Positions 12,500 through 21,355 of a DNA stretch of 45,996 nucleotides are shown here, in pieces. Numbering within the stretch: position 1 is the stretch's first letter; each line of letters begins with the position of its first letter. The notes under the pieces were generated by a model, which saw only the letters and a list, made by a program, of their open reading frames with translations, did no database searches and was not told the DNA's origin. This DNA is from Deferrisomatales bacterium. GTDB lineage: Bacteria; Desulfobacterota; Deferrisomatia; Deferrisomatales; JACRMM01. The DNA is taken from positions 1 to 45,996 of the forward strand of contig JAWSUI010000031.1 of the NCBI GenBank assembly GCA_033551855.1. The letters are read 5' to 3'. A program made the position numbers and the translations under genes.

Positions 12500-13717
12500 T
12501 CACTGCAACCGGTGGAGCACGGCACCGTTCGACAGGAAGAGCACCCCCCCCCCGAACACCAGCGGTTGGGCGTGCAGCCCAGGCCCGGGGGCGTACCGCC
12601 CCCGCACTTCCCCGTTCGCTGCGTCCAGACTGAACAGACTGCCCTCCGAGGCTCCGACCACGACGCTCCGCCCCGCCAGCACGGGGGAGGTCGGCAGCCC
12701 TCCGTCCAGGGGGGTCCTCCACTGGACCTTCCCGTCCTTGCGGGAGAGGGCCGCCAGCTCACCGCCGGCCGTGCCCACGTACAGCCGCTCGTCTCCCACG
12801 GCGAACCAGCCCACCGCCTCGACCGGCTGGCTCCAGAGCTCCTCCCCGGTGGCGGCGTCCAGACACACCGTCGGCCCGCGAAGCGCGCCGGCGTAGACCC
12901 TTCCGTCCCGGAAGGAGGGCCCGGCGGCGACGTCGCCGAAGAGGGCGGCGGCTCCCAACTCGACCCGCCAGACGACCCTCCCGAGGTCCTCTTCCAATGC
13001 CACCAGGTGACCGTCGGCGAAGCCCGCGTAGACCCTGCCGTCGCCGTAGCTCAGGCCCAGGCTCCGCCACAGGCTGTCTCGGCGCGGGAACCCGCGCCCG
13101 TACTGCCACAGCGGCCTGCCGGTGAGCGCCTCCAGGCAGAAGACGTTCTGGTCCGCCACCGCGATGTACACGCGGCCGCCTCGGACCAGGGGGGCCGACA
13201 CCACGGGGTAGCCCGTGGGGAAGGTCCAGACCTCCCGACCGGACAGGTCCAGGGCCCGCACCGTGCCCTGGTCGTCCCCGACGATCAAGAGGCCTCCGGC
13301 GTAGGCGGCCGTGGCGTACACGCGGCCTTCGGTCGGCACGCTCCAAAGGAGGGTCCCGTCGAGCCGGCGGGCCTCGAAAACCCGGCCGGAGTGGCCCACG
13401 TAGATCACCCCGCCCACAATGAGGGGCATCGCGTGCTCCGTGGGCTTGTAGCCCGGGCGCGCCTTGAGCGGGATGGTCTGGGAGACGGTCCACTCCCCCG
13501 GGGCCCGGTCCGGCGCCCGCGAGGTACGACCCGGGTCTCCCGCCTCCATGGTCCACGGAGGGGGCTCGGGAGCCGGCGCCTGCTCGGCGACCCGATCCAT
13601 GGAGAGCGCCCCGCACCCCGCGAGGAGCGCCGCGGCGAGAGCGGGAAAGAGTGCCGCGGCCGCGACGCATCGGGACCGCCCGCCCCCGACTCCGCCCTCT
13701 CGACGCCGGCGCGTCAC
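12500..13717 (-). CDS. PQQ-like beta-propeller lipoprotein (BamB-like)
   Basis: LLAGC lipobox; repeated TG..LW blades; start uncertain. Confidence 0.8.
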   Translation of the reverse strand: MTRRRREGGVGGGRSRCVAAAALFPALAAALLAGCGALSMDRVAEQAPAPEPPPWTMEAGDPGRTSRAPDRAPGEWTVSQTIPLKARPGYKPTEHAMPLIVGGVIYVGHSGRVFEARRLDGTLLWSVPTEGRVYATAAYAGGLLIVGDDQGTVRALDLSGREVWTFPTGYPVVSAPLVRGGRVYIAVADQNVFCLEALTGRPLWQYGRGFPRRDSLWRSLGLSYGDGRVYAGFADGHLVALEEDLGRVVWRVELGAAALFGDVAAGPSFRDGRVYAGALRGPTVCLDAATGEELWSQPVEAVGWFAVGDERLYVGTAGGELAALSRKDGKVQWRTPLDGGLPTSPVLAGRSVVVGASEGSLFSLDAANGEVRGRYAPGPGLHAQPLVFGGGVLFLSNGAVLHRLQ

Positions 13718-14370
13718 GGGGAGCCCCCTTCGAGGCCGGCCAGCCGCTCCATGTTCCGCCGCAATGCCTCGTACTCGGCCTCGGTCAAACCTGCCCCCCG
13801 CGCCACGATCCGGGCAAAGGTCTCGGGGATGAGATCCCCGGGGGCATGGGCATCGGTGTTGAGCACGAGGGGCGCGCCGGTCCGGCGGGCCATCGAAGCG
13901 ACGTGGCCGTTGGCCAGGCTGTGCCCCTTGCGAGCCGAGATCTCCAGGTGAACGCCGCCCTCCGCCGCCAGGCGGGCCTCCTCCTCCGTGATGAGGCCGG
14001 GGTGGCTGAGGATGTCCGCGCCCGCCTCGATGGCCGCCCGGTTCGTCCCGGGTTCCACGGGCTCCACCGGGCTTTCCCCGTGCACGACCACCAGTCGCGC
14101 GCCCAAGCCCCTCGCCTCGGCCACGTAGCGGCCGATGAGGGCCGGGGGCACGTGGGTGATCTCGACCCCGGGGATGCAGCGGATCGAACGGGCGTGGGAG
14201 TTCTCCTCGCACGCACGGATCAAACGGGGCACGATCCAATCGAGGGTCGACATGTCGGCGTGGTCTGCCAGCGCAATGGCTCGAAGACCCACTGCCTGGG
14301 CCCGGCGGACCAGCTCGGAGGGCACCAGCTCGCCGTCCGAGAAGAGGGTGTGGGTGTGCAGGTCGATCAT
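13714..14370 (-). CDS. PHP-domain phosphoesterase (histidinol-phosphatase-like)
   Basis: DLHTHT, ADH, GVEITH and NTDAH metal ligands. Confidence 0.88.
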   Translation of the reverse strand: MIDLHTHTLFSDGELVPSELVRRAQAVGLRAIALADHADMSTLDWIVPRLIRACEENSHARSIRCIPGVEITHVPPALIGRYVAEARGLGARLVVVHGESPVEPVEPGTNRAAIEAGADILSHPGLITEEEARLAAEGGVHLEISARKGHSLANGHVASMARRTGAPLVLNTDAHAPGDLIPETFARIVARGAGLTEAEYEALRRNMERLAGLEGGSP

Positions 14371-14419
14371 CGTCTCCTCGAACGGCTTGAGGGCGCCCGA
14401 GGCGCCCTCAAGGGGTGTG

Positions 14420-14968
14420 TCACGCGGCGGGGTAGCGGTTCCAACGGACGAACTGGGCACGCTCCTTTCGGGGCGGGACCTTGGTCTCCCCGGCGGGATA
14501 ACCCAGAGGGGTGAGGGCCACCACGTCCACCTCCGGCGGCGCCTGGAGTACGCGCGCCGCCGCGGCCGCATCGAACAGCCCGACACAGACGGTGCCGAGC
14601 CCCTCCGCCCGGGCGGCGAGCATGAAGTTCTCCATGGCCAATCCCACGTCGAAGAGCAGCCAGTCGCCGCGGGGAGTGGCCGCCTCGCCCTTCTTGAACC
14701 CGGCGCGCCCCCTTCGGCCGCAGAATGCCAGGACGAGGGGGGCCTCCGCCATGGCTCGGTAGGCCGGGTTCGTTTCGGCGAGGGTGTGTTGCAGCGCCTG
14801 CTTGACCGCGGGATCCGACACCGCGACCACCTCGCAGCACTGGGTGTGGGCCCAGCTCGGTGCCCACTGGGCGGCCTCGAGAAGCCGATCCAGCACGTCA
14901 TCGGGCACCGGGTCGGACAAGTACTTCCGGGCGGAACGCCGGTCCCGGATCGCCTGGTAGAGCTCCAT
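14420..14968 (-). CDS. Nitroreductase family protein
   Basis: RRSARKY, APSWAHTQ, GLGTVCVG, LGYP. Confidence 0.9.
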   Translation of the reverse strand: MELYQAIRDRRSARKYLSDPVPDDVLDRLLEAAQWAPSWAHTQCCEVVAVSDPAVKQALQHTLAETNPAYRAMAEAPLVLAFCGRRGRAGFKKGEAATPRGDWLLFDVGLAMENFMLAARAEGLGTVCVGLFDAAAAARVLQAPPEVDVVALTPLGYPAGETKVPPRKERAQFVRWNRYPAA

Positions 14969-15163
14969 GGCCTACTCCCCGATTGCGCAAGCGCACGGCA
15001 AAAGCCCGTCGATTCGGGCTTCCCGTATCTACCACGGTGCACCGAGCAGCGTCAACACAGGCCCCGGACACACAGGCCCCGGGCGGAGAAACCGTCGGGC
15101 CGGGGCCTTCCGGCCGTTCCGGGGGGTGGGCAGCCGGTAGCCGCCGCAGCCGACCCTCCCGGA

Positions 15164-15361
15164 ATCCACCACCACCTCGCGGGGCGGAGGCCGGGAGCCC
15201 CGGAGAGCGGCCCCGTACCGCATCCACCGACTCGACGAGGCCTGCCCAGGGGGGTGAAGCCCGGTGCACCGGGGACTGCCGGGACACCTCTTCGAACTGC
15301 CGCGGATTGCGGGGCGAAACCCAGGGGCTCCCGGACTCCGCTTGCCCACCCGCCGGGGGAT
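15164..15361 (+). repeat. Repeat A, full-length copy (198 bp)
   Basis: ATCCACC...GGAT ends; collinear with the copy at 25170. Confidence 0.9.
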
Positions 15362-15380
15362 TCGGGACGAGGGTTCCCGG

Positions 15381-15409
15381 TTGGCGTCCCGAGCGGATTG
15401 TTGCAGAAT
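15381..15409 (+). promoter_or_regulatory. sigma70-like promoter
   Basis: TTGGCG-N17-CAGAAT, 19 nt after the repeat A end. Confidence 0.45.
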
Positions 15410-15451
15410 GAATCGCCTAGATCCTTCGTGCGCCCTTGCCCCCAGAGCACC

Positions 15452-16417
15452 ATGAGCCCCATCCCGAGCCCCTCCCGAACGGCCTCCTCCCCCGCGGGCG
15501 CCCCCCCGAGAGCCTTGGGCGCGGCGGCCCTGCTCGCCTTCTGCCTGGCGGCCCTGGCGGCCGGCCAGGCGGTCTCCGTGGCCGTCACCGGCAAGGAGGT
15601 GTGCCTCGGCGAAGGGTGCGCCATCGTGGGGAGGCTGACCAGAATCTCGCCCGGGTGGTTCAATCTCCTCGGCGCGGTCGTCTTCACGGCAGCGGGGGCC
15701 CTGGCGCTCCGGGCCCGCCGATCCGTTTCCCCCGTGCCGCTGGCTCTTCTGGGAGCCGTGGCCGGCGCGGCCCTGGCGGCCGAGGGCGTCCTCTTCGCGT
15801 ACCAGGCCCTGGTTGCCCGGGCCTGGTGCCCCTTCTGTCTTCTCATCCTGGCCGGGGTCGCCGGCCTCAACCTGCTGCTGGGCCCGCGCGCGGCCCTGCG
15901 GGGGGCAGCCGGCTTCACCGCCGTTGCGCTGATCTTCTCCCTGCTGACGTTCCTCCCGCCGGATGCGACGCTCGCGGACGGGACGCTGGCCGTGCGGCCC
16001 GGCACGGAGCCGGGAAGAGGGGCCGATCTCGTCCTCCTGTTCTCGGAGGACTGTCCCCACTGCACCGCGGTCGTCGAAGCCCTCCGGGCGAACCCGCGGT
16101 GCACCGTGCGCCTCAACCCCGTGTCCGAGCTCTCCCCTTCCTACTGGCCGGAATTGGGCCGGGAGCCCTCCTATGATCCCGGGGTCAACGTCGCCGCTGC
16201 CCGGCTCCTGGGGATCGACACGATCCCCATCGTGATCGCCCGGGAGGCCGGCACCATGAGGGTCCTGACCGGAGAGGCTCCGATCCTCCGGTACATCGAG
16301 GAACACTGCGGGGAGCCCCGGGCGCCGGTCCCGGACCCGCTCCGGGTGCCGTGGGGGGGCGGATCCCTGCTCGGTCCGGCCGAGGACGGCTGCGGTCTGT
16401 TGCTGGAGTGCGACTAG
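15452..16417 (+). CDS. VKOR-like membrane protein fused to a thioredoxin-like domain
   Basis: TM helices, loop C-X4-C, WCPFC, then FSEDCPHC. Confidence 0.72.
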   Translation: MSPIPSPSRTASSPAGAPPRALGAAALLAFCLAALAAGQAVSVAVTGKEVCLGEGCAIVGRLTRISPGWFNLLGAVVFTAAGALALRARRSVSPVPLALLGAVAGAALAAEGVLFAYQALVARAWCPFCLLILAGVAGLNLLLGPRAALRGAAGFTAVALIFSLLTFLPPDATLADGTLAVRPGTEPGRGADLVLLFSEDCPHCTAVVEALRANPRCTVRLNPVSELSPSYWPELGREPSYDPGVNVAAARLLGIDTIPIVIAREAGTMRVLTGEAPILRYIEEHCGEPRAPVPDPLRVPWGGGSLLGPAEDGCGLLLECD

Positions 16418-16600
16418 CAGGCTGCGTGCGCCCCGGGGAGGGGGCGCCGAAATACGGCGCTCGAAGAGCATGGTGATTCCTGGGGGTTCGAAGGGGCCGT
16501 CCCCGAGAAGATTTCCCGGGACTGGGGAATCGGACGCGCCGCCGGCGCGCCGCGAGGGCGAGCCCCGGGACCGGGAGAGTCAACCCGCAGCGGAAGAACC

Positions 16601-16815
16601 GGCTCATCCGGGAAATGACCGGGTACGCGTGTCCGGGGACGACCGGGCGGGCCCGGCCACGCAGGCGCACGGCCGCCCGACGGGAGCACCCGCTTCGGGA
16701 GTCGCGATGCCGCAAGGATTCCTGACGCGGCGGGGGACCGCACCTGCCGCACAGTCCGGCATCGTCCGGCGGAGGGGGCGGGCCCACCCGGTCGTTTACC
16801 GGAAGAACCGAAAAA
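16601..16815 (+). repeat. Repeat C copy
   Basis: Collinear with 37970..38177; shared GGGCCCACCCGGTCGTTTACCG. Confidence 0.85.
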
Positions 16816-16926
16816 CCCATGGGGGGGCTTTCAGCACCCTGCGAGACGTCCCGGGGAGAAGCGCCCCGCGGCAGCCAACCGCGAACCCGTCCACGTGGGA
16901 CGTCCACCGCATCCCATCCCCTCTCG

Positions 16927-16970
16927 ATCGGCATCGGCATCGGCATCGGGATCAGGATCAGGATCGGATT
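16927..16970. repeat. Hexamer tandem repeat (ATCGGC/ATCGGG/ATCAGG)n
   Basis: About 7 units read directly. Confidence 0.85.
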
Positions 16971-16999
16971 CCCCACGGGAACCCCGACCCGGGGGCAGA

Positions 17000-17088
17000 G
17001 CGCATCCCGCGGGCTCGCGCCCGCGGCGAGGGCGCGGCGCATGGGGACCTCTCGGCGCAGGCGCATCCCGCGGGCTCGCGCCCGCGGC
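17000..17088. repeat. Two direct 28-bp REP-like palindromes
   Basis: GCGCATCCCGCGGGCTCGCGCCCGCGGC at 17000 and 17061. Confidence 0.85.
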
Positions 17089-17102
17089 CCCGCCGCGGCG
17101 TC

Positions 17103-17726
17103 TCACCCCCGCGCCAGATCCTTGCCGATCTCGAAGGCCCCCCGGTTCCCGGGGAAGTCCGGCAGGCGCTCCCGGATCACCTCGAGGAGCGTCCCCTCGG
17201 AGACGGGCAGGTCCCCCAGCTCCGAAGCCAGCCCGAGGGCAACCACGTTGACCCGTTTGAGGTTTCCGAACCGCTCGAGGCAGGCCGCTTCCATGGCGAC
17301 GGGGTGGACGCGGGGCGTGACCTCGCGCAACATCTCCCACAGGGCCCCCAGGGGCGGGTAGACCGCCGAGCCGAGTCGGACCGCCGTGGGGATGCGGGGA
17401 GAAACCTCGGAGATCACCACGGAAGACGGGTTCACGTACGGGAGGCACCGGGCCGCCTCCAGGGGCTCCAGGCTCAACAGCAGGTGGGCTCCCCCCGGAG
17501 GGATGGCGCCCCCGAAGGGTGCGAAACGGGGATCCCCCGGCTCGGCCTCCTCGTGGACCCGGTAGCGCACGTTCGAGGTGACCGGCCCCTCCCGCTGGGC
17601 CCCTCCCCGCCGCTCCGCACCCGCTACCTCCAACCCCTGCCGCAGGCCGGCGAGCTTGAGCAGGGTGCCGAGGGTCACCACGCCCTGACCTCCGATCCCC
17701 GCCAGGACCACGTCGCAGCGTCTCAC
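17103..17726 (-). CDS. iorB: Indolepyruvate:ferredoxin oxidoreductase beta subunit
   Basis: AGIGGQG, GAQREGPVTSNVR, LEPLEA, NVVALG. Confidence 0.85.
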   Translation of the reverse strand: MRRCDVVLAGIGGQGVVTLGTLLKLAGLRQGLEVAGAERRGGAQREGPVTSNVRYRVHEEAEPGDPRFAPFGGAIPPGGAHLLLSLEPLEAARCLPYVNPSSVVISEVSPRIPTAVRLGSAVYPPLGALWEMLREVTPRVHPVAMEAACLERFGNLKRVNVVALGLASELGDLPVSEGTLLEVIRERLPDFPGNRGAFEIGKDLARG

Positions 17727-19624
17727 CCCGAGGCCCTCCGCAACACGCGGGTCCGAGTGATGGCGGAGTTCGGGCACAGGGCCTCGCACACCCCGCAGCG
17801 CTGGCACAAGGCCTCGTCGATGCGGTACCGGGCCTCCGCACCCTCCCCGGCCTCTCGGATCGCCGGGCACGCCAGCTCCCGGTAACAGCGATGGCAGCGC
17901 TGGCACCTCTCGGCGTCCAGGTCCACGTACTCCTCCGGGCCCGGCGGCCCGGCGGCGGTGCGCCGCTCCGCCTGGAGCGCGCACTCCCCCTCCACGACGA
18001 TCACCCGCACCCCCGAGACCTTCAGGGCGTCGCGGAAGAGGTTCTCGAGGGCGACGGGCCGAAAGGCGTCGGCCCGTCGCACCCAGCCGACGCCGAGGCT
18101 CTTCACCAGACCCGCCAGATCCGCCGCGGGGCGAGGGGTGCCGTCCAGCAGCCTCCGGGTGGTGGGGCTCGGCTGGTGCCCGGTCATCGCCACCCAGCCG
18201 TTGTCGAGGATGAGCAGGAGGAGGTCCGCCCCGTTCTGGACCGCGTTGACCAGTGCGGGCACGCCGGAGTGGAAGAAGGTCGAGTCGCCCACCAGGGCGA
18301 CCACGGGTTCCCCCGTGACCCGGGCCACGGCCTGGCCTGCCCCGGAGCCGCAGTTCATGCAGGTGACCCAGTCCGACACCTGGAAGGGGGGAAGGACCGA
18401 GAGGGTGTAGCAGCCGATGTCGCCGGCGTAGACCACCTGCCGGCCGGCCGCCCGGAGCAGGGCGTAGGCCGTGGCCCGGTGGGGGCACCCGGGACAGAAG
18501 GCTCCCTGCCGGGGGGGGAGCTCCCCGGCGTGGGCCGCCAGGACCTCCGCACCGCGCCGCCGGGAGGCCGGCACCGGCCGGGCGAAGGCCTCGGACAGGC
18601 CCCCCAGGACCAGGTCCACCCCAAGCTCCCCGGCTGCCGGGAAGAGCTCCTTGCCGACCACGGGCGTGCGCAGGCCCGCCTTGTAGGCAGCCGCCTTGGC
18701 CTGGAGCTCGAGGAAACCCTCGGCCTCCTCCACCACCACCACCCGGTCCACCGAGGCGAAGAAGTCTCCCACCGCCCGGGGATCCAGGGGGTAGCTCATC
18801 CCGATCTTGAGGATGGGCACCCCGTCGATGCCGAGGATCTCCAGGGCCTCGAGGACCGCAGGGACGTGGAGCCCCGAGGTCAGGACACCGGTGCGGCCCG
18901 GGCCCGGCAGGACCCGGTCGAACCCCAGGGTCGGCGCGTCGCGGCGCAGCCGCTCCACGTTGGACAGGGCCAGGCGGTGGTTGCGCACCGCCGCGTCGAA
19001 GAGATTGAGAAGGCGCGCAGGGTTGCGCTCGAACCGCCCCCGGTACCGCGGGGCGGCCGGGAGCGGCCCCAGGGTGAGGGTGCCCATGTTGTGGCACAGC
19101 TTCGAGGGGGCGTTGACCACCACGGGGAGGTCGTACGCCTCGGAGACCGCGAAGGCCCGAGCCGCCCAGTCCTTGGCCTCCTGGATGCCGGAGGGCTCCA
19201 GGATCGGCAGGTGGGTGTGCAGGCTGTACCACCGGTCGTCCTGCTCCCCCGTGGAGCTCGAGGCCCCGGGGTCGGACCCCACGATCACCACGACCCCGGC
19301 CCCCACCCCCGTGTACCCGGCGAAGTGCAGAGGCTCCGCGGCCACGTTCATGCCCACGTGCTTCATCGAGACCACCGAGCGCACCCCGGCCCACGAGGCG
19401 CCCAGGGCCCCCAGGGCCGCCACGTGCTCGTTGGTGCTGATCTCGGTGTAGAGCCCGGGGAAGTTTCCCCGCAGGTCCTCCAGCACCGTGGCGATCTCCG
19501 AGGCCGGCGTGCCGGGGTAGGTGGAGAAGTACCCCACACCCCCCTCCAGGGCGCCCCGGGCCAGGGCCTCGTTTCCCAGGGCGAGGACTCGGCTGCCGGC
19601 CTCCCGGCCGGCCAGGGGGTTCAC
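17723..19624 (-). CDS. iorA: Indolepyruvate:ferredoxin oxidoreductase alpha subunit
   Basis: GNEALARG, YPGTPASE, MKHVGMN, CPGCPHR, GDSTFFHSG, C-terminal 2x[4Fe-4S]. Confidence 0.92.
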   Translation of the reverse strand: MNPLAGREAGSRVLALGNEALARGALEGGVGYFSTYPGTPASEIATVLEDLRGNFPGLYTEISTNEHVAALGALGASWAGVRSVVSMKHVGMNVAAEPLHFAGYTGVGAGVVVIVGSDPGASSSTGEQDDRWYSLHTHLPILEPSGIQEAKDWAARAFAVSEAYDLPVVVNAPSKLCHNMGTLTLGPLPAAPRYRGRFERNPARLLNLFDAAVRNHRLALSNVERLRRDAPTLGFDRVLPGPGRTGVLTSGLHVPAVLEALEILGIDGVPILKIGMSYPLDPRAVGDFFASVDRVVVVEEAEGFLELQAKAAAYKAGLRTPVVGKELFPAAGELGVDLVLGGLSEAFARPVPASRRRGAEVLAAHAGELPPRQGAFCPGCPHRATAYALLRAAGRQVVYAGDIGCYTLSVLPPFQVSDWVTCMNCGSGAGQAVARVTGEPVVALVGDSTFFHSGVPALVNAVQNGADLLLLILDNGWVAMTGHQPSPTTRRLLDGTPRPAADLAGLVKSLGVGWVRRADAFRPVALENLFRDALKVSGVRVIVVEGECALQAERRTAAGPPGPEEYVDLDAERCQRCHRCYRELACPAIREAGEGAEARYRIDEALCQRCGVCEALCPNSAITRTRVLRRASG

Positions 19625-20283
19625 CCGTCCCCCCGTAGACGGAGAGCCAGGTCCCGGGCTGCCCGGCCCTTGCCCGGACCCACCTGGAGGAGGAGATCCC
19701 CCTCCCCCGCCGGAACCGTCCCCGCCGCCCACTCGGTTTCGGACACCCACGCCGCCGCGGCGAGGCCCGCCCCGTCGGGCGCCGGCTCCCCGGCCCCCCA
19801 CGGCACGAGGCAGCGGGCGGCGCCGGCTCGGGACAGGGCGGCCAGTCGGCCCCGCTCGGCTGGGGTCTCGCAGCGCCCCGCGACCCAGAGGTCGATCCCC
19901 ACTCCGTGCTCGCGCAGGTAGCGCAAGAGTTGAGAAGGGTCGAGATCGTAGACGGCCCGGGCTCGGCTCCCGGGCTCCAGGCGCCCGGCCAGGAGCAAGA
20001 GCCCCCCGGCCCCCAGGACCTCGGCCGAGCGGGCCTCCCCGAGGAGCGCGGTGCGGTTGGCGTCGCGGCACACCAGGGGCAGATAGAACGGAACGCCCCG
20101 GAGGGCGGTGCGCAACTCCCCGGCCAGGGCGAGGGGGCGAAGGGCGTCCCCCGGGTCCAGGAACACGAGGCCGCTCACCGCCGGCCGGGCGCCGTCGCCC
20201 GTCAGCGCGTGCACATCCTCCCGGACTGCCCCCAGCAGCCCCGGAAACACGGGGCCGATGCCGGCGAAGACCTGCCGCGTCAC
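19621..20283 (-). CDS. Short, divergent methylenetetrahydrofolate reductase (MetF)-like protein
   Basis: CRDANRTAL and VYDLDPSQLL resemble MetF motifs; only about 220 aa; coupled to metV and iorA. Confidence 0.6.
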   Translation of the reverse strand: MTRQVFAGIGPVFPGLLGAVREDVHALTGDGARPAVSGLVFLDPGDALRPLALAGELRTALRGVPFYLPLVCRDANRTALLGEARSAEVLGAGGLLLLAGRLEPGSRARAVYDLDPSQLLRYLREHGVGIDLWVAGRCETPAERGRLAALSRAGAARCLVPWGAGEPAPDGAGLAAAAWVSETEWAAGTVPAGEGDLLLQVGPGKGRAARDLALRLRGDG

Positions 20284-20936
20284 GGGGCACCCCCCCTCGT
20301 CCGAGTGGTACGCGGCCGCCCCCAAGGCGACGCGTCCGGGGCCGGGCGAAGAGCGGCGAACGACGCGGCGCGCCCTTGCTCCGCCAGCCTCGCGTGGATC
20401 CGCTCCCAAGCGCACGGGTCCTCGGGGTTCGCGTCGCACCGCCCGCCCCGGCTTCCTTCGCAGGGGCCGTTGCGCAGTCCCTTCGGGCACAGGGCCACCG
20501 GGCAGAGGCCACCGGTGTGGTTCAGGACGCAGTCCCCGCACAGGGAACACTCCTCGTGGAACACCCCCAGCCGCTCCACGGTACCCAGGAAATGGCTGTC
20601 GAGTCCCGCCACCACCGGGAGGCCCGTCACGTCCGCCACGGCCTGGGCGCCGCCGCCACAGGCCAGGCACAGCACGCCGTCGGCCTGCCCGAGCTCACGC
20701 TCCACCCGGTGGAGATCCCGGCGGGTGAGGCGGCGGTCGCAGGGGGAGGCCAGGCTCACCGCGGCCGGGACCGTCTTGCCCCTGGCGACAAGCTCCTCGA
20801 CCATCTCCTCCACCTGGACCGAGCCGCCCGTCTGACAGACGGCAGCGCACTCGGCACACCCCACTACCACCCAGGCCCGGCGAGACCCCAGGGCCTCGAG
20901 GATCTCTTCGAGAGCCTTGCGTGTCGTCACCACCAC
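20280..20936 (-). CDS. MetV / MTHFR C-terminal-domain Cys-rich protein
   Basis: GCAECAAVCQTGG, ACGGG, CSLCGDC, CPKGLRNGPC, CAW. Confidence 0.88.
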   Translation of the reverse strand: MVVTTRKALEEILEALGSRRAWVVVGCAECAAVCQTGGSVQVEEMVEELVARGKTVPAAVSLASPCDRRLTRRDLHRVERELGQADGVLCLACGGGAQAVADVTGLPVVAGLDSHFLGTVERLGVFHEECSLCGDCVLNHTGGLCPVALCPKGLRNGPCEGSRGGRCDANPEDPCAWERIHARLAEQGRAASFAALRPAPDASPWGRPRTTRTRGGAP

Positions 20937-21011
20937 GAGCCCCACCCCTCCTTCCTCCAGCGCACAGCGCCCCCCCTCCGGCCGACGGCCCGGAACACCG
21001 GCGGCCGCCCG

Positions 21012-21052
21012 TTCTTAACACCCGGGCGGGGGCCGGTCAACCGGCCCCCGCC
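21012..21052 (-). promoter_or_regulatory. sigma70-like promoter of the metV operon, with a 13-bp inverted repeat over the -35
   Basis: TTGACC-N17-TAAGAA; GGCGGGGGCCGGT-CA-ACCGGCCCCCGCC at 21025..21052. Confidence 0.5.
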
Positions 21053-21205
21053 ACGGATCTCGCCTCCCCTGTGCCCACCCACACCGGGCCCGCCCCAAGC
21101 CACCGCCACCTGTCGGGCGGGACCGGGGATGCCCGGAGTCGCCGCGACCCCGCCTCGACCGAGGCACAGAAACCCTGCGGGAACGGTAACGCCTCGTCCG
21201 GATAT

Positions 21206-21266
21206 CGCGGATTGCGGGGCGGAGCGGAGGGGCTCCCCGACCCCGAGCACCTGCCAACCGGAGGAT
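21206..21266 (+). repeat. Repeat A, right-arm partial copy
   Basis: CGCGGATTGCGGGGCG...GGGGCTCCC...CCGGAGGAT. Confidence 0.8.
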
Positions 21267-21285
21267 CCAGGACCCGGCGAGCCCC

Positions 21286-21313
21286 TTGACGCGCAGGCCG
21301 CGGGGCATACAAT
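21286..21313 (+). promoter_or_regulatory. sigma70-like promoter of the ktr operon
   Basis: TTGACG-N16-TACAAT, 19 nt after the repeat A end. Confidence 0.7.
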
Positions 21314-21355
21314 GGCGGAAGCCCGCCCCACCCCGCACCGGAGGGAGGACACGCG

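Noticed and set aside
15164..15361. Repeat A as a protein-coding unit
   Set aside because: The similar peptide strings in the ORF track lack consistent starts, stops and SDs across copies.
16927..17088. CRISPR array (28-bp repeats with a 33-nt gap)
   Set aside because: Only two units, extremely GC-rich palindromes, no leader and no cas genes.
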